A DNA stretch of 64,000 nt from Spirochaetota bacterium. Its GTDB lineage: Bacteria > Spirochaetota > UBA4802 > UBA5550. Shown here piece after piece: positions 1 to 7,660 of this stretch. The stretch is from assembly GCA_050298055.1 (NCBI GenBank), contig JBNKTL010000002.1, forward strand, positions 32,001 to 96,000. The letters are read 5' to 3'. The notes beneath the pieces were generated by a model that worked only from the letters and a program-made list of their open reading frames with translations, was not told the DNA's origin and did not search any database. Both the position numbers and the translations under genes were made by a program. Numbering within the stretch: position 1 is the first letter of the stretch; every line of letters begins with the position of its first letter.

Positions 1-219
1 CCTGTCAATATTCCTGATATTGTCCTGGTTGATGTTGACGATAATGTCCCTTCCTGCCGACACGCTCTTCCCGAATTTCTTTTTGAGTTCAAATATGGAG
101 TTGTAATCGGGAAGGATGGCGCCGGTAAAGAGAACCGCATGAATAAAGAGGGATATAAACAGAATAAGTGAAAACCTCTGTTCATAATTATAGCTGTTTC
201 TGCTTCTCGTGCCATTCAT
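1..219 (-). CDS. N-terminal part of a membrane-anchored protein, possibly TonB-like (runs off window start)
   Basis: ATG at 219 opens MNGTRSRNSYNYEQRFSLILFISLFIHAVLFTGAILPD..., with no stop before position 1. It has one TM helix with the S-x3-H motif (SLFIH) seen in TonB/TolA anchors. Confidence 0.55.
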   Translation of the reverse strand, partial: MNGTRSRNSYNYEQRFSLILFISLFIHAVLFTGAILPDYNSIFELKKKFGKSVSAGRDIIVNINQDNIRNIDR

Positions 220-241
220 AGTGAAAAAACCGGGGAAAAAT

Positions 242-270
242 CAGGGGGAAACATCTCCGGTTTCCCCCTG
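242..270 (-). terminator. Hairpin downstream of the EF-G paralogue, possible intrinsic terminator
   Basis: CAGGGGGAAAC/GTTTCCCCCTG 11-bp stem, followed on the minus strand by a T-run. Confidence 0.55.
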
Positions 271-319
271 TATATGATGAAAGTGATTATTTTTAGTTAC
301 AGATAATAATAAAGCGGCT

Positions 320-2428
320 TTATTTGGATTCCTCTTCCAGCTGTTTTTTTCTCATCTGGAGGACCTTTTCAGCTTCCTTACCGGTTATGGGGTCATAGTG
401 GGAGAATTCCATTTCAAAGGAAGCCTTGCCGCTGGTCATGGCCCTGAGGTCTATGGTATATCTCAAAAGTTCCGCCAGGGGGACAGTTGCCTTTACGGCG
501 GATATATTGCCGCCGGAATCCGACGCGTCATCCATTCCCAGGACCTTTCCCCTTCTCGATGTAACGTCACTGAGGATATCGCCCATATATTCCTTGTCAA
601 CAAAAACCTTGAGGTTCATGACCGGCTCAAGAAGAATCGGTGTTGCCGCCTCCATGCCCTTTTTAAAACACTGCCGGGCGGCGATCTTGAACGACATCTC
701 GGAAGAATCAACATCGTGATATGAGCCGTCATAGAGTTCTACGGATACATCGATGACCGGGTACTTGCCCAGGACACCTTCACCCATGGCTTCCTGTATC
801 CCCTTTTCCACACCGGGAATATATCCCTTGGGAACAACCCCTCCCACAATGCTGTTGATAAAGGTGTATCCTTCACCCCGGGTGAGGGGTTTCATCCTGA
901 AATAGACCTCCCCGTACTGCCCGTGACCGCCCGACTGTTTCTTATGCTTGTACTGCGCCTCGGCGGATTTTGTTATGGTCTCCCTGTACGCGACCCTGGG
1001 CTCCCTTGTAAGAACTTCCAGTTTGTTTCTTTCCAGCATGGACTTGATGATAATATCCAGCTGCATTTCTCCCATCCCGGAGAGAACAGACTCGCTTGTC
1101 TCAGAGTTATATTTATAGGTAATTGTGGGATTTTCATCGGTGATCCTGTTGAAGTACTGCCCTATCTTGTCAACATCGGGTTTATTTTTGGCTTCAACCG
1201 CATAGGAGAACACGGGCTGGGGCAGTTTTATATGGTCGATAACAACCGGGTTCTTCGGATCTGTCAGTGTATTAAGGGTGGTGGTCTTATCAAGCTTCAC
1301 AACAACACCGATGTCCCCGGTATTAATTTTGGGAAGGTCCACTGCTTTGCTCCCCACCATGGCGTGGAGCTTGCTCAGCCTCTCCTTCTCATTTTTGCCG
1401 CTGTTGAGCACTTCACTGTCGGGAAGCACCTCTCCCGATACCACCTTGATGTAGTTGAACCTCCCCGCGTACTGGTCAATATATGTCTTCCATACCATAG
1501 AGGCCATGGGGCCCCCTGTACTGCTTTTAATGCCTGTCTGTGCCCCGTCCTTTCCGCTCTCCCGGGCGCTGTACTCTTTCTCCATGACAGGGGCGGGGGC
1601 ATAGTTCTTTATGGTGTTGAGAAGGTTTTTGATCCCGATGACCTTTTCGGAAGACCCGCAGATAACCGGAAAGAGTTTCGCGTTGGCCACCTGTGCCTTC
1701 AGGCCCTCCTTGATCTCTTCATCGGTAAGGTTTTCCTCTTCAAGGAATTTCTCTATAAGCTCATCCTTCCCTTCCGCGGCCAGTTCCATGAGGTTCAGCC
1801 TTTCCATTTCCGCAAGTTCCTTCATCTCCGCGGGAATATCAGACAGGTTAACCCCTTTTCCGCCGTCTTTGGGAGTCATGAGTTTCATATCGATTATATC
1901 AACGATTCCGCTGAAGGATTCGCCTTCACCATTCGGCAGGCAGACCGATACAAAATTTCCGCTGAAACTGCTTTTAATGTTGCTTATCACGGAATCGAAG
2001 TTTGCCCTCTCCTTGTCCATTTTGTTGACAAAAATTATTCTGGGGATATTGTTCTCTTCCAGGAACCTCCAGGCGCTCTCGGTCTGTATCTGCACCCCGT
2101 CCACGGAATCTATGACAACAATGGCCGCTTCCGCAACCTGCATGGCCGCTCTCGCTTCGCCGATAAAACCGACCTTTCCGGGAGTATCCAGTATATTTAT
2201 CTTAACGCCGTCATGCTCAACGAAGCCCATTGCGCTTCTGATGGACATCTGCTTGTCTTTTTCGTCCTGGTCAAAGTCCGATGTGAGATTGCCTCCCTCT
2301 CTGCTGCCCATTTTATCAACCTGGCCGCCCGCAAAAAGCAGGGCCTCGAAAAGTGTGGATTTACCGGTGTCCCCGTGCCCCACAATGGCAACATTTCTGA
2401 TCTGGTCGGTTTTATATTCCTTCAACAT
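320..2428 (-). CDS. fusA: Elongation factor G paralogue (EF-G II type)
   Basis: Motifs GHGDTGKST, DTPG, NKMD, KKQSGGHGQYG and DGSYHDVDSSEMSFKIAA. ATG at 2428 with GGAGGT RBS. Divergent G2 and G3 motifs (KQMSI, DTPGKVGF); not in an rpsL-rpsG-tuf operon. Confidence 0.93.
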   Translation of the reverse strand: MLKEYKTDQIRNVAIVGHGDTGKSTLFEALLFAGGQVDKMGSREGGNLTSDFDQDEKDKQMSIRSAMGFVEHDGVKINILDTPGKVGFIGEARAAMQVAEAAIVVIDSVDGVQIQTESAWRFLEENNIPRIIFVNKMDKERANFDSVISNIKSSFSGNFVSVCLPNGEGESFSGIVDIIDMKLMTPKDGGKGVNLSDIPAEMKELAEMERLNLMELAAEGKDELIEKFLEEENLTDEEIKEGLKAQVANAKLFPVICGSSEKVIGIKNLLNTIKNYAPAPVMEKEYSARESGKDGAQTGIKSSTGGPMASMVWKTYIDQYAGRFNYIKVVSGEVLPDSEVLNSGKNEKERLSKLHAMVGSKAVDLPKINTGDIGVVVKLDKTTTLNTLTDPKNPVVIDHIKLPQPVFSYAVEAKNKPDVDKIGQYFNRITDENPTITYKYNSETSESVLSGMGEMQLDIIIKSMLERNKLEVLTREPRVAYRETITKSAEAQYKHKKQSGGHGQYGEVYFRMKPLTRGEGYTFINSIVGGVVPKGYIPGVEKGIQEAMGEGVLGKYPVIDVSVELYDGSYHDVDSSEMSFKIAARQCFKKGMEAATPILLEPVMNLKVFVDKEYMGDILSDVTSRRGKVLGMDDASDSGGNISAVKATVPLAELLRYTIDLRAMTSGKASFEMEFSHYDPITGKEAEKVLQMRKKQLEEESK

Positions 2429-2616
2429 TAACAAATACCTCCAATAATATGCCCGCACGAATAATTTAGTGAATCTATAAATAATGTGTGGATTTTGTAA
2501 AGAACTTTTATCGGGGAGCCCCCGGCTCAGGCAAACTTTTCCCTGTTAAAATACTCCAACGAGCCACCCCCTGAGGGGGGGGGTATCAAACAAGATAATT
2601 ATATTGAACTTATTAA

Positions 2617-2977
2617 GCCCCCTAAATCCCCCGGAGGGGGACTTTGAAACTTTTTTTATAATAATATACTTTATATTTCATCAATCACTGTTCTATTGCT
2701 ATACATTACTATTTTACATAGTGAAATGAAGTATTGTAATCTTTCTATTTTTCAAAAAGTCATCCTATGATTATTATAATCAGTTCTTTCTTTATGAGAC
2801 TTTCTATTTTACTTACAGGATTGGTTAATAACATATTGTTAAATTATCAATTGCAATCTTAAGTCCCCCTTTGGGGGATTTAGGGGGACTTTGTGGGTAG
2901 AAGTCCCCCTTTGGGGGTTTAGGGAGACTTTGTAAGTACACTTTAACCCTCCGGGAGAAGGGCCGGGGATGAGGGCC
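2617..2977. repeat. Cluster of REP-like GC-rich palindromic repeats in inverted arrangement
   Basis: CCCCCTAAATCCCCGGAGGGGGACTT (~2618-2644) is the near reverse complement of AAGTCCCCCTTTGGGGGATTTAGGGGG (2861-2887). A second tandem copy starts at 2901, and GGGAGAAGGGCCGGGGATGAGGG lies at ~2953-2975. Confidence 0.8.
2660..2799 (-). pseudogene. Decayed C-terminal remnant of a DUF559 (Vsr-like endonuclease) gene
   Basis: With two frameshifts the minus strand reads SHKERTDYNNHR / DDFLKNRKITILHFT / VMYSNRTVIDEI*. This resembles the DUF559 C-terminal pattern H-x5-YD-x2-RD-x-FL-x3-G-I-x-VLRF-x-N-x2-V-x6-V-x3-I. Confidence 0.6.
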
Positions 2978-2979
2978 TC

Positions 2980-3564
2980 TTAATAAATCTCCACCTGGAC
3001 AAACCCGCTGATCTCGTCGATATCTGTATGACTATTATAATTTCCCTCAGTATCATAAGCTAGAGGAGTACCCGAACTATAGGGTGGATTGTACCCGTTA
3101 TCGGTGGTCCTGTCCTCCAGGTCTTCATCCCATTCAATAATCCCCACCCGGTAGAAATAGGTCCCGGGACCGTTGGGAAATGAATTGCTGACGATACCGG
3201 AAACATCATGAACATAGGAACCCGGGGAATTAAAATTAAGTCCTTCATTACTTCCACCAGTAAGTCCACCCAACTCATCTCTCCACCGTGATTCTATGAG
3301 AACATACCCTGCGTATTCGTTGTCCTGCTCTTCTGTAATATAGATCTCGTATCCCGCGAAATTACCGCCCCCGGTCTCATCCCAGGTCACTGTGACCTCC
3401 TGTGCAGCGCTGTTGTAGCTGGCATTGATTGAAAATGACGAGCGGTTGGTTATTGCACCCTCAACGGCATCGGAGACATAGGAACAGCCGCTCCCTGCGA
3501 AAAGGACTACCACACTGAAAAGAAATGCGGATAATATATTTAAATTTTTCTTATGATTTTTCAT
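2980..3564 (-). CDS. Lipoprotein with a beta-rich, fibronectin-III-like segment, unknown function
   Basis: ATG at 3564 with GGAGGT RBS; signal peptide ending AGSG-C; motifs VTVTWDE...GYEIY...TYFYRV. Confidence 0.75.
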   Translation of the reverse strand: MKNHKKNLNILSAFLFSVVVLFAGSGCSYVSDAVEGAITNRSSFSINASYNSAAQEVTVTWDETGGGNFAGYEIYITEEQDNEYAGYVLIESRWRDELGGLTGGSNEGLNFNSPGSYVHDVSGIVSNSFPNGPGTYFYRVGIIEWDEDLEDRTTDNGYNPPYSSGTPLAYDTEGNYNSHTDIDEISGFVQVEIY

Positions 3565-3580
3565 TTTAATACCTCCCTCA

Positions 3581-4936
3581 TTAGAACCGCGCGAAGAGAC
3601 TGGCTTCAACCATGAACTTGTCCGCCGTTTCAACAAGTTTTCGAAGCTCCTGCGAGTAGTTGTACGAGCATTTGAATTCGGCGCCGATAAAGGTCGTGTT
3701 CCAGCCCAGGGAGAAGAAACCGCCAATGAGGCTGTAACCGCTCCCCGATTCCCTGTGGACGGGGATGGCAACATCCCAGTACCTGCTGATACCCACTGTG
3801 GCCAGAAGCCTCTCAGTTGATGACGCCTTGAGGAAGTTATATCCCGCGGTGAGATGCGCCTCTCTCAGGTAATTATATGTCACCTCATCTCCCTGGGGAT
3901 CAGTGGAAGTCTGGGTCCTCTTATCAATGAGGGTCTCCGACGGTTTCTGAAACTCAAGAAAAGCGTTCAGGAATATCTTGTTGCCGAGGTTTTCCTCCAG
4001 GAGGACCGAGAGTGTGTGAAGGTCCGCCTCATCCTTCTGGCTGTCGGGGATGTCCCCCTCCTTGTCTTCTCCCGTGATGACCCATACCGGGTCGTACTGT
4101 TCGTCCTTATAGAGGGCGAGCTTTTTGTATGTTACGGTGATCCGCGGCATGATCCTGGGAGGGGTCATAAAGAACTTCAGGCTGTTGTTGATGATCAGCC
4201 CGATGGCCAGGGCCTCAAGTTCTCCGCTGGTTGTGGTGGCGTTGAGATTCAGGAACGAGAGGAGGTTTGACGCGATAAAGTATCGTGTTGTCCTGCCGGA
4301 TGAGTCGGAATAGTCCATTGTGCCGTCATCATCCGGCTCTATCTGGTTATTGATAAGCACACCGCAGTGTATATAGAAATAGGGCCTGTAGAGGAGGGAG
4401 AGGGCGAAGATATCGTCAAAGAACTGTGTGTACTTGTAATCAGTCACCGTCTCGGAACCGGCCCCTCCCCTGTCAATGGTTGATTCGCTGGTGAGCCCGT
4501 AGTGGAAACCGGTTGCCGTAAAACCCAGGATGAGGTTCTTCGGTTTCCAGAGGCCCCCCTCTTCCTCCTTTTTCTCCTTCCCTGCCACCCTCTCCGCGAG
4601 GTTGCTTCCTTCATATTTCCCGAGGACAGGGTAGTTTACGGTAATACTGCCGTAGGTCCTGATCAGGCGCATATCCACGGCTTCCTTTTCACCTGTCCCC
4701 TTGTTGATGGTATTAATCTTAAATCCATGAACCCAGTTGAGCTTACCGTAAAAATCAAAGTAAAGCTCCTGCTCCTGTATCAGGTCCCACCTTTTAAAAA
4801 AGAGGTCCTGAACGGTCTCACTTCTTGATACGGCATTGTGAAGAGTTGACGCTTCATAAACCGCCGCAGAGAGAGAACTGTTCCCCGCTGCCAGGAAAGA
4901 GAGAAACAGAAAACATATAATCACATATTTTTTCAT
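3581..4936 (-). CDS. Exported protein, probable outer-membrane beta-barrel
   Basis: Signal peptide, amphipathic aromatic-rich strands and a C-terminal Phe (VEASLFARF). Lies 16 bp upstream of the lipoprotein gene. Confidence 0.65.
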   Translation of the reverse strand: MKKYVIICFLFLSFLAAGNSSLSAAVYEASTLHNAVSRSETVQDLFFKRWDLIQEQELYFDFYGKLNWVHGFKINTINKGTGEKEAVDMRLIRTYGSITVNYPVLGKYEGSNLAERVAGKEKKEEEGGLWKPKNLILGFTATGFHYGLTSESTIDRGGAGSETVTDYKYTQFFDDIFALSLLYRPYFYIHCGVLINNQIEPDDDGTMDYSDSSGRTTRYFIASNLLSFLNLNATTTSGELEALAIGLIINNSLKFFMTPPRIMPRITVTYKKLALYKDEQYDPVWVITGEDKEGDIPDSQKDEADLHTLSVLLEENLGNKIFLNAFLEFQKPSETLIDKRTQTSTDPQGDEVTYNYLREAHLTAGYNFLKASSTERLLATVGISRYWDVAIPVHRESGSGYSLIGGFFSLGWNTTFIGAEFKCSYNYSQELRKLVETADKFMVEASLFARF

Positions 4937-4986
4937 TTACATCCTCCGAAAATCTACATATACATAATTCAATACTCTCTGACATC

Positions 4987-5093
4987 GTAACTACTCAGCT
5001 ATACATAAGAATAATCATTTTATAAAAAAAGATAGCTGATACGTCCCCGCCGCCTACGGCGGCGGGGACGTATTGTTAATATTTTGTAGTTAC
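4987..5093 (+). mobile_element. MITE copy A (right arm internally deleted)
   Basis: Ends GTAACTACTCAGCTATA...GTAGTTAC; central palindrome ATACGTCCCCGCCGCC-TAC-GGCGGCGGGGACGTAT; perfect 8-bp flanking direct repeat CTGACATC at 4979-4986 and 5094-5101. Confidence 0.88.
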
Positions 5094-5217
5094 CTGACAT
5101 CCATGTTAATAAATATTAGATCCCGCAAAAACCTTCGATTTCTGCTTTTATCCCCGGGATTTTAATACGAATTGAGGAATAAGTCAAGAATAAGCCAGGA
5201 GGATACCGGTAAAAACT

Positions 5218-6369
5218 TCAGCAGTGCCCCCTCTCTTTGAGATAGCTTTCCACCCTGTTCAGGCCTTCATCAATATTCTCCAGGGAATTGGCATAGGAGA
5301 AGCGGATAAATCCTTCACCCCCCGGACCGAAGTCAACACCGGGAGTAACTCCCACTTTTACGGTTTCAAGAATGTTAAACGCTTCCTTATAGGAATCTGT
5401 GCAGAATTCCCTGGCATCGGCGAAAACGTAGAATGCCCCAGTGGGTTCCACAATGATTTTGAACCCGATCTCCCGGAGGCGCTTCATCATGAAAAGCCTT
5501 CTTTCATTATATATGTCCCGCATCCTCTCAACATCTTCCCGGGATTCCTTCAGGGCCGCGATCCCGGCAATCTGGACAAAGCTGTTGGCGGAAATCATGA
5601 AATTCTGGTGCAGCCGCTGCATGGTTACGGAGAACTCCCCGGGGAAAATAAGGTAACCGAGCCTCCATCCTGTCATGGCGTAAAGTTTTGAGAATCCATT
5701 TATCACAAAGGCCTTATCGGTAAATTCCAGTATGGACCTCCCCCTCCCCTCATAAACAAGGCCGTGATAGATCTCATCTGAAAGGATATACTGACCGTCA
5801 AACAGGGCGATCTCCTCCATGTTTTTTTCAGTCATCACAATTCCCGTGGGATTAGAAGGGGAGTTTATCAGGATACCCCGGGTCCTCCCGGTCAGGGCCT
5901 TCTTTATCTCCCCGGGTCTGTACTGGAAACCGTCCTCCGGGTATGTCTGTACATAGGAGGCCCTTCCGCTTACGGATTCAATGAAGTTGGGGTAACACGC
6001 GTAATGTGGATTTGAGAGTATGATATCATCACCCGGCTCGAGAATTGACATCATCATCAGGAGCATTGCCGGGGAAGTCCCCGATGTAACAAGGACCCGG
6101 TCGGGAGTGATACTTACACCATACTGTTCATAATAATGTTCGCAGACAGCTTCACGCAGTTCAAGCATTCCCATGGCATGAGTATAATGCGTCTTTCCCG
6201 ATCTTATTGCCTCAATGGCGGCATTCCGGATAACTTCCGGAGTGTCAAAATCGGGCTCACCCACCTCCAGGTGAATGACATCCTCCCCGGACTTCTCGAG
6301 CTCTTCCGCCCGGGCCATAACATCCATCACCATAAACGGTTTAACTTCACTGGCTCTTTTTGATATCAT
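5218..6369 (-). CDS. PLP-dependent class I/II aminotransferase (aspartate aminotransferase family)
   Basis: GEPDFDTP, NSPSNPTG, SDEIY and NGFSKLYAMTGWRLGY (PLP lysine). Likely start ATG 6369 (MISKRA). Confidence 0.93.
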   Translation of the reverse strand: MISKRASEVKPFMVMDVMARAEELEKSGEDVIHLEVGEPDFDTPEVIRNAAIEAIRSGKTHYTHAMGMLELREAVCEHYYEQYGVSITPDRVLVTSGTSPAMLLMMMSILEPGDDIILSNPHYACYPNFIESVSGRASYVQTYPEDGFQYRPGEIKKALTGRTRGILINSPSNPTGIVMTEKNMEEIALFDGQYILSDEIYHGLVYEGRGRSILEFTDKAFVINGFSKLYAMTGWRLGYLIFPGEFSVTMQRLHQNFMISANSFVQIAGIAALKESREDVERMRDIYNERRLFMMKRLREIGFKIIVEPTGAFYVFADAREFCTDSYKEAFNILETVKVGVTPGVDFGPGGEGFIRFSYANSLENIDEGLNRVESYLKERGHC

Positions 6370-6472
6370 CGATACCGCCTGTTTTTCTGTATAAGATAAT
6401 ACAGGAAAATATTGGGCGGGATATTTTTCAAGAAGAAAGTGAATTCGTATTGTTTCATCCAAAGTAAGGAAT

Positions 6473-6660
6473 GCCCTCACCCGGCCAGAGACACTTTTTT
6501 CAAAAGCGTCCCCGGCCACCCTCCCATCTTTTTTTTAAATTATGGATGGGAGAGGGTTTCTGAGAAATGAAAAAAATCATAAAAAACACAGTTTTTCTCT
6601 TATTCCCCCTTCTCCCTTCCTTTTTTAATCTCCGGGAGAAGGGGGTTAGGGGGATGAGGG
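6473..6660. repeat. Inverted pair of REP-like elements (CCCTCACCC...GGGAGAGGG type)
   Basis: GCCCTCACCCGGCC...GGCCACCCTCCC...GGGAGAGGG (6473-6556) and CCCCCTTCTCCC...GGGAGAAGGGGGTTAGGGGGATGAGGG (6605-6660); related to 2953-2975. Confidence 0.65.
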
Positions 6661-6723
6661 AACTCCCACAAAAAGTGTGGGTAAAAGTCAGGACCTTAGG
6701 GAAGTGGTCCTCAGGATTTTGTC

Positions 6724-6741
6724 CTTAACTTAATGACATTG
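6724..6741 (-). mobile_element. Possible solitary IS4-family terminal inverted repeat
   Basis: Reverse complement CAATGTCATTAAGTTAAG resembles the IS4 end TAATGCCGATCAGTTAAG. No partner end or transposase seen. Confidence 0.35.
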
Positions 6742-6900
6742 GGATTCCCCACCGGGGATTTATGGAGTAATTAATGAATATGGTTATTCCTAATATCTAT
6801 CCGAGAAGAAACACAAAAAGACTTTACAAAAGATCCTTATATGTTATTCTCCTGTAAAATGTGAGTGATTCCTGGATTTACTTTTGATGGAGGGACGAAT

Positions 6901-7116
6901 ATGCCGGATAAAGTTATCATCTATGGTAAGCCATATTGACCCTATACCGATAATGCCAGGTCGGTATTCGGGAAAAAGGCGGAATTTATCGATGTAAAAT
7001 CTGATAAGAAACAGCTCAATGAGATGCTGAAGCTCTCCGGGGGAAAACGCAGGGTCCCGGTGATCGTTGAAGGGGAAAAGATAAGCATCGGTTACGGGGG
7101 ATCCTGAGGGGTCTGA
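6901..7116 (+). CDS. UXX-star type glutaredoxin-like selenoprotein, 71 aa, with selenocysteines U13 and U69
   Basis: GGAGG RBS, then MPDKVIIYGKPY-U-PYTDNARSVFGKKAEFIDVKSDKKQLNEMLKLSGGKRRVPVIVEGEKISIGYGGS-U-GV-stop. UGA 6937-6939 sits at the Grx active-site position (UPYT); RVPVI cis-Pro motif; UGA 7105-7107 is followed by two codons and a stop. Absent from the ORF track. Confidence 0.9.
6940..6972 (+). promoter_or_regulatory. Candidate bacterial SECIS element 1
   Basis: Directly after UGA 6937: ATACCGA (6944-6950) pairs perfectly with TCGGTAT (6961-6967), with an outer CCC/GGG pair. Confidence 0.65.
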
Positions 7117-7118
7117 AA

Positions 7119-7133
7119 TCCGCAGGGTGCGGG
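7119..7133 (+). promoter_or_regulatory. Candidate bacterial SECIS element 2
   Basis: CCGC-AGGGT-GCGG hairpin with a G-rich loop starting about 12 nt after UGA 7105, beyond the true stop codon. Confidence 0.6.
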
Positions 7134-7148
7134 AAAAGAGGAAAAGAG

Positions 7149-7586
7149 ATGAATAAAATTGAAAAGGGACGCGATACCTTTATGGGAGGTTTTAACTGCT
7201 CCCAGTCAGTTCTTATGGCTTTCTCAGACAGGTTTGGCGTGGAGAGAAAAACCGCATTGATGATCTCCAGCGGATTTGGAGCGGGATTTGGCCGGGAACA
7301 GGAAACGTGCGGTGCTGTTTCCGGCGGTATTATGGTCATCGGTCTCAAGTATGGTCAATACGATCCCGGTGACACTGAATCCAAGGAGAAAATTTATTCC
7401 CTGGTAAGAAACTTTCTCAAAAGCTTCAGGGAGATAAACGGGACGACTCTTTGCTCTGAACTTACCGGCTGCGACCTCACATCAGAACCGGGAAGAAAAA
7501 AATATTACGAAGGAAACATAAAGGAGAATGTTTGTCTCAAGTGCATCGGGGACGCAATCAGGCTGGCGGAGAAGATCATCGAATAG
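7149..7586 (+). CDS. C_GCAxxG_C_C family putative redox protein
   Basis: FNCSQSV, ETCGAVSGG, TTLCSEL and VCLKCI motifs. Confidence 0.9.
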   Translation: MNKIEKGRDTFMGGFNCSQSVLMAFSDRFGVERKTALMISSGFGAGFGREQETCGAVSGGIMVIGLKYGQYDPGDTESKEKIYSLVRNFLKSFREINGTTLCSELTGCDLTSEPGRKKYYEGNIKENVCLKCIGDAIRLAEKIIE

Positions 7587-7660
7587 AGGGACGTCATCAT
7601 TCAGTACTTCGACTGCGTGATTTTTAACTGTTCATGATTGTTTAACTGCCGAGCTCAGCA

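Noticed and set aside
923..2447. Long plus-strand ORFs opposite fusA (likewise 26595-27455, 32652-33311 and 37757-38647 opposite other genes)
   Set aside because: They are antisense shadows of well-conserved genes, with no recognisable motifs.
2566..2583. G9 tract as a phase-variation site
   Set aside because: It is intergenic and forms one arm of a C-run/TGA/G-run hairpin within a repeat-rich region; it is not in a CDS or an evident promoter spacer.
6370..6519. N-terminal extensions in the ORF track (aminotransferase; also 3565-3774, 12281-12346, 17723-17833, 23211-23363, 51367-51420 and 62167-62241)
   Set aside because: They run through promoters, repeats or neighbouring genes; downstream ATGs fit the family N-termini or RBS positions better.
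6901..7116. Glutaredoxin pseudogene with nonsense mutations, or a UGA=Trp/Gly genetic code
   Set aside because: Both UGAs fall at redox-type positions with 3' hairpins, the RBS and frame are intact, and many other genes in the window end normally at UGA.
7016..7348. 110-aa minus-strand ORF from the track
   Set aside because: It overlaps the selenoprotein and C_GCAxxG_C_C genes on the other strand and has no protein-like features.
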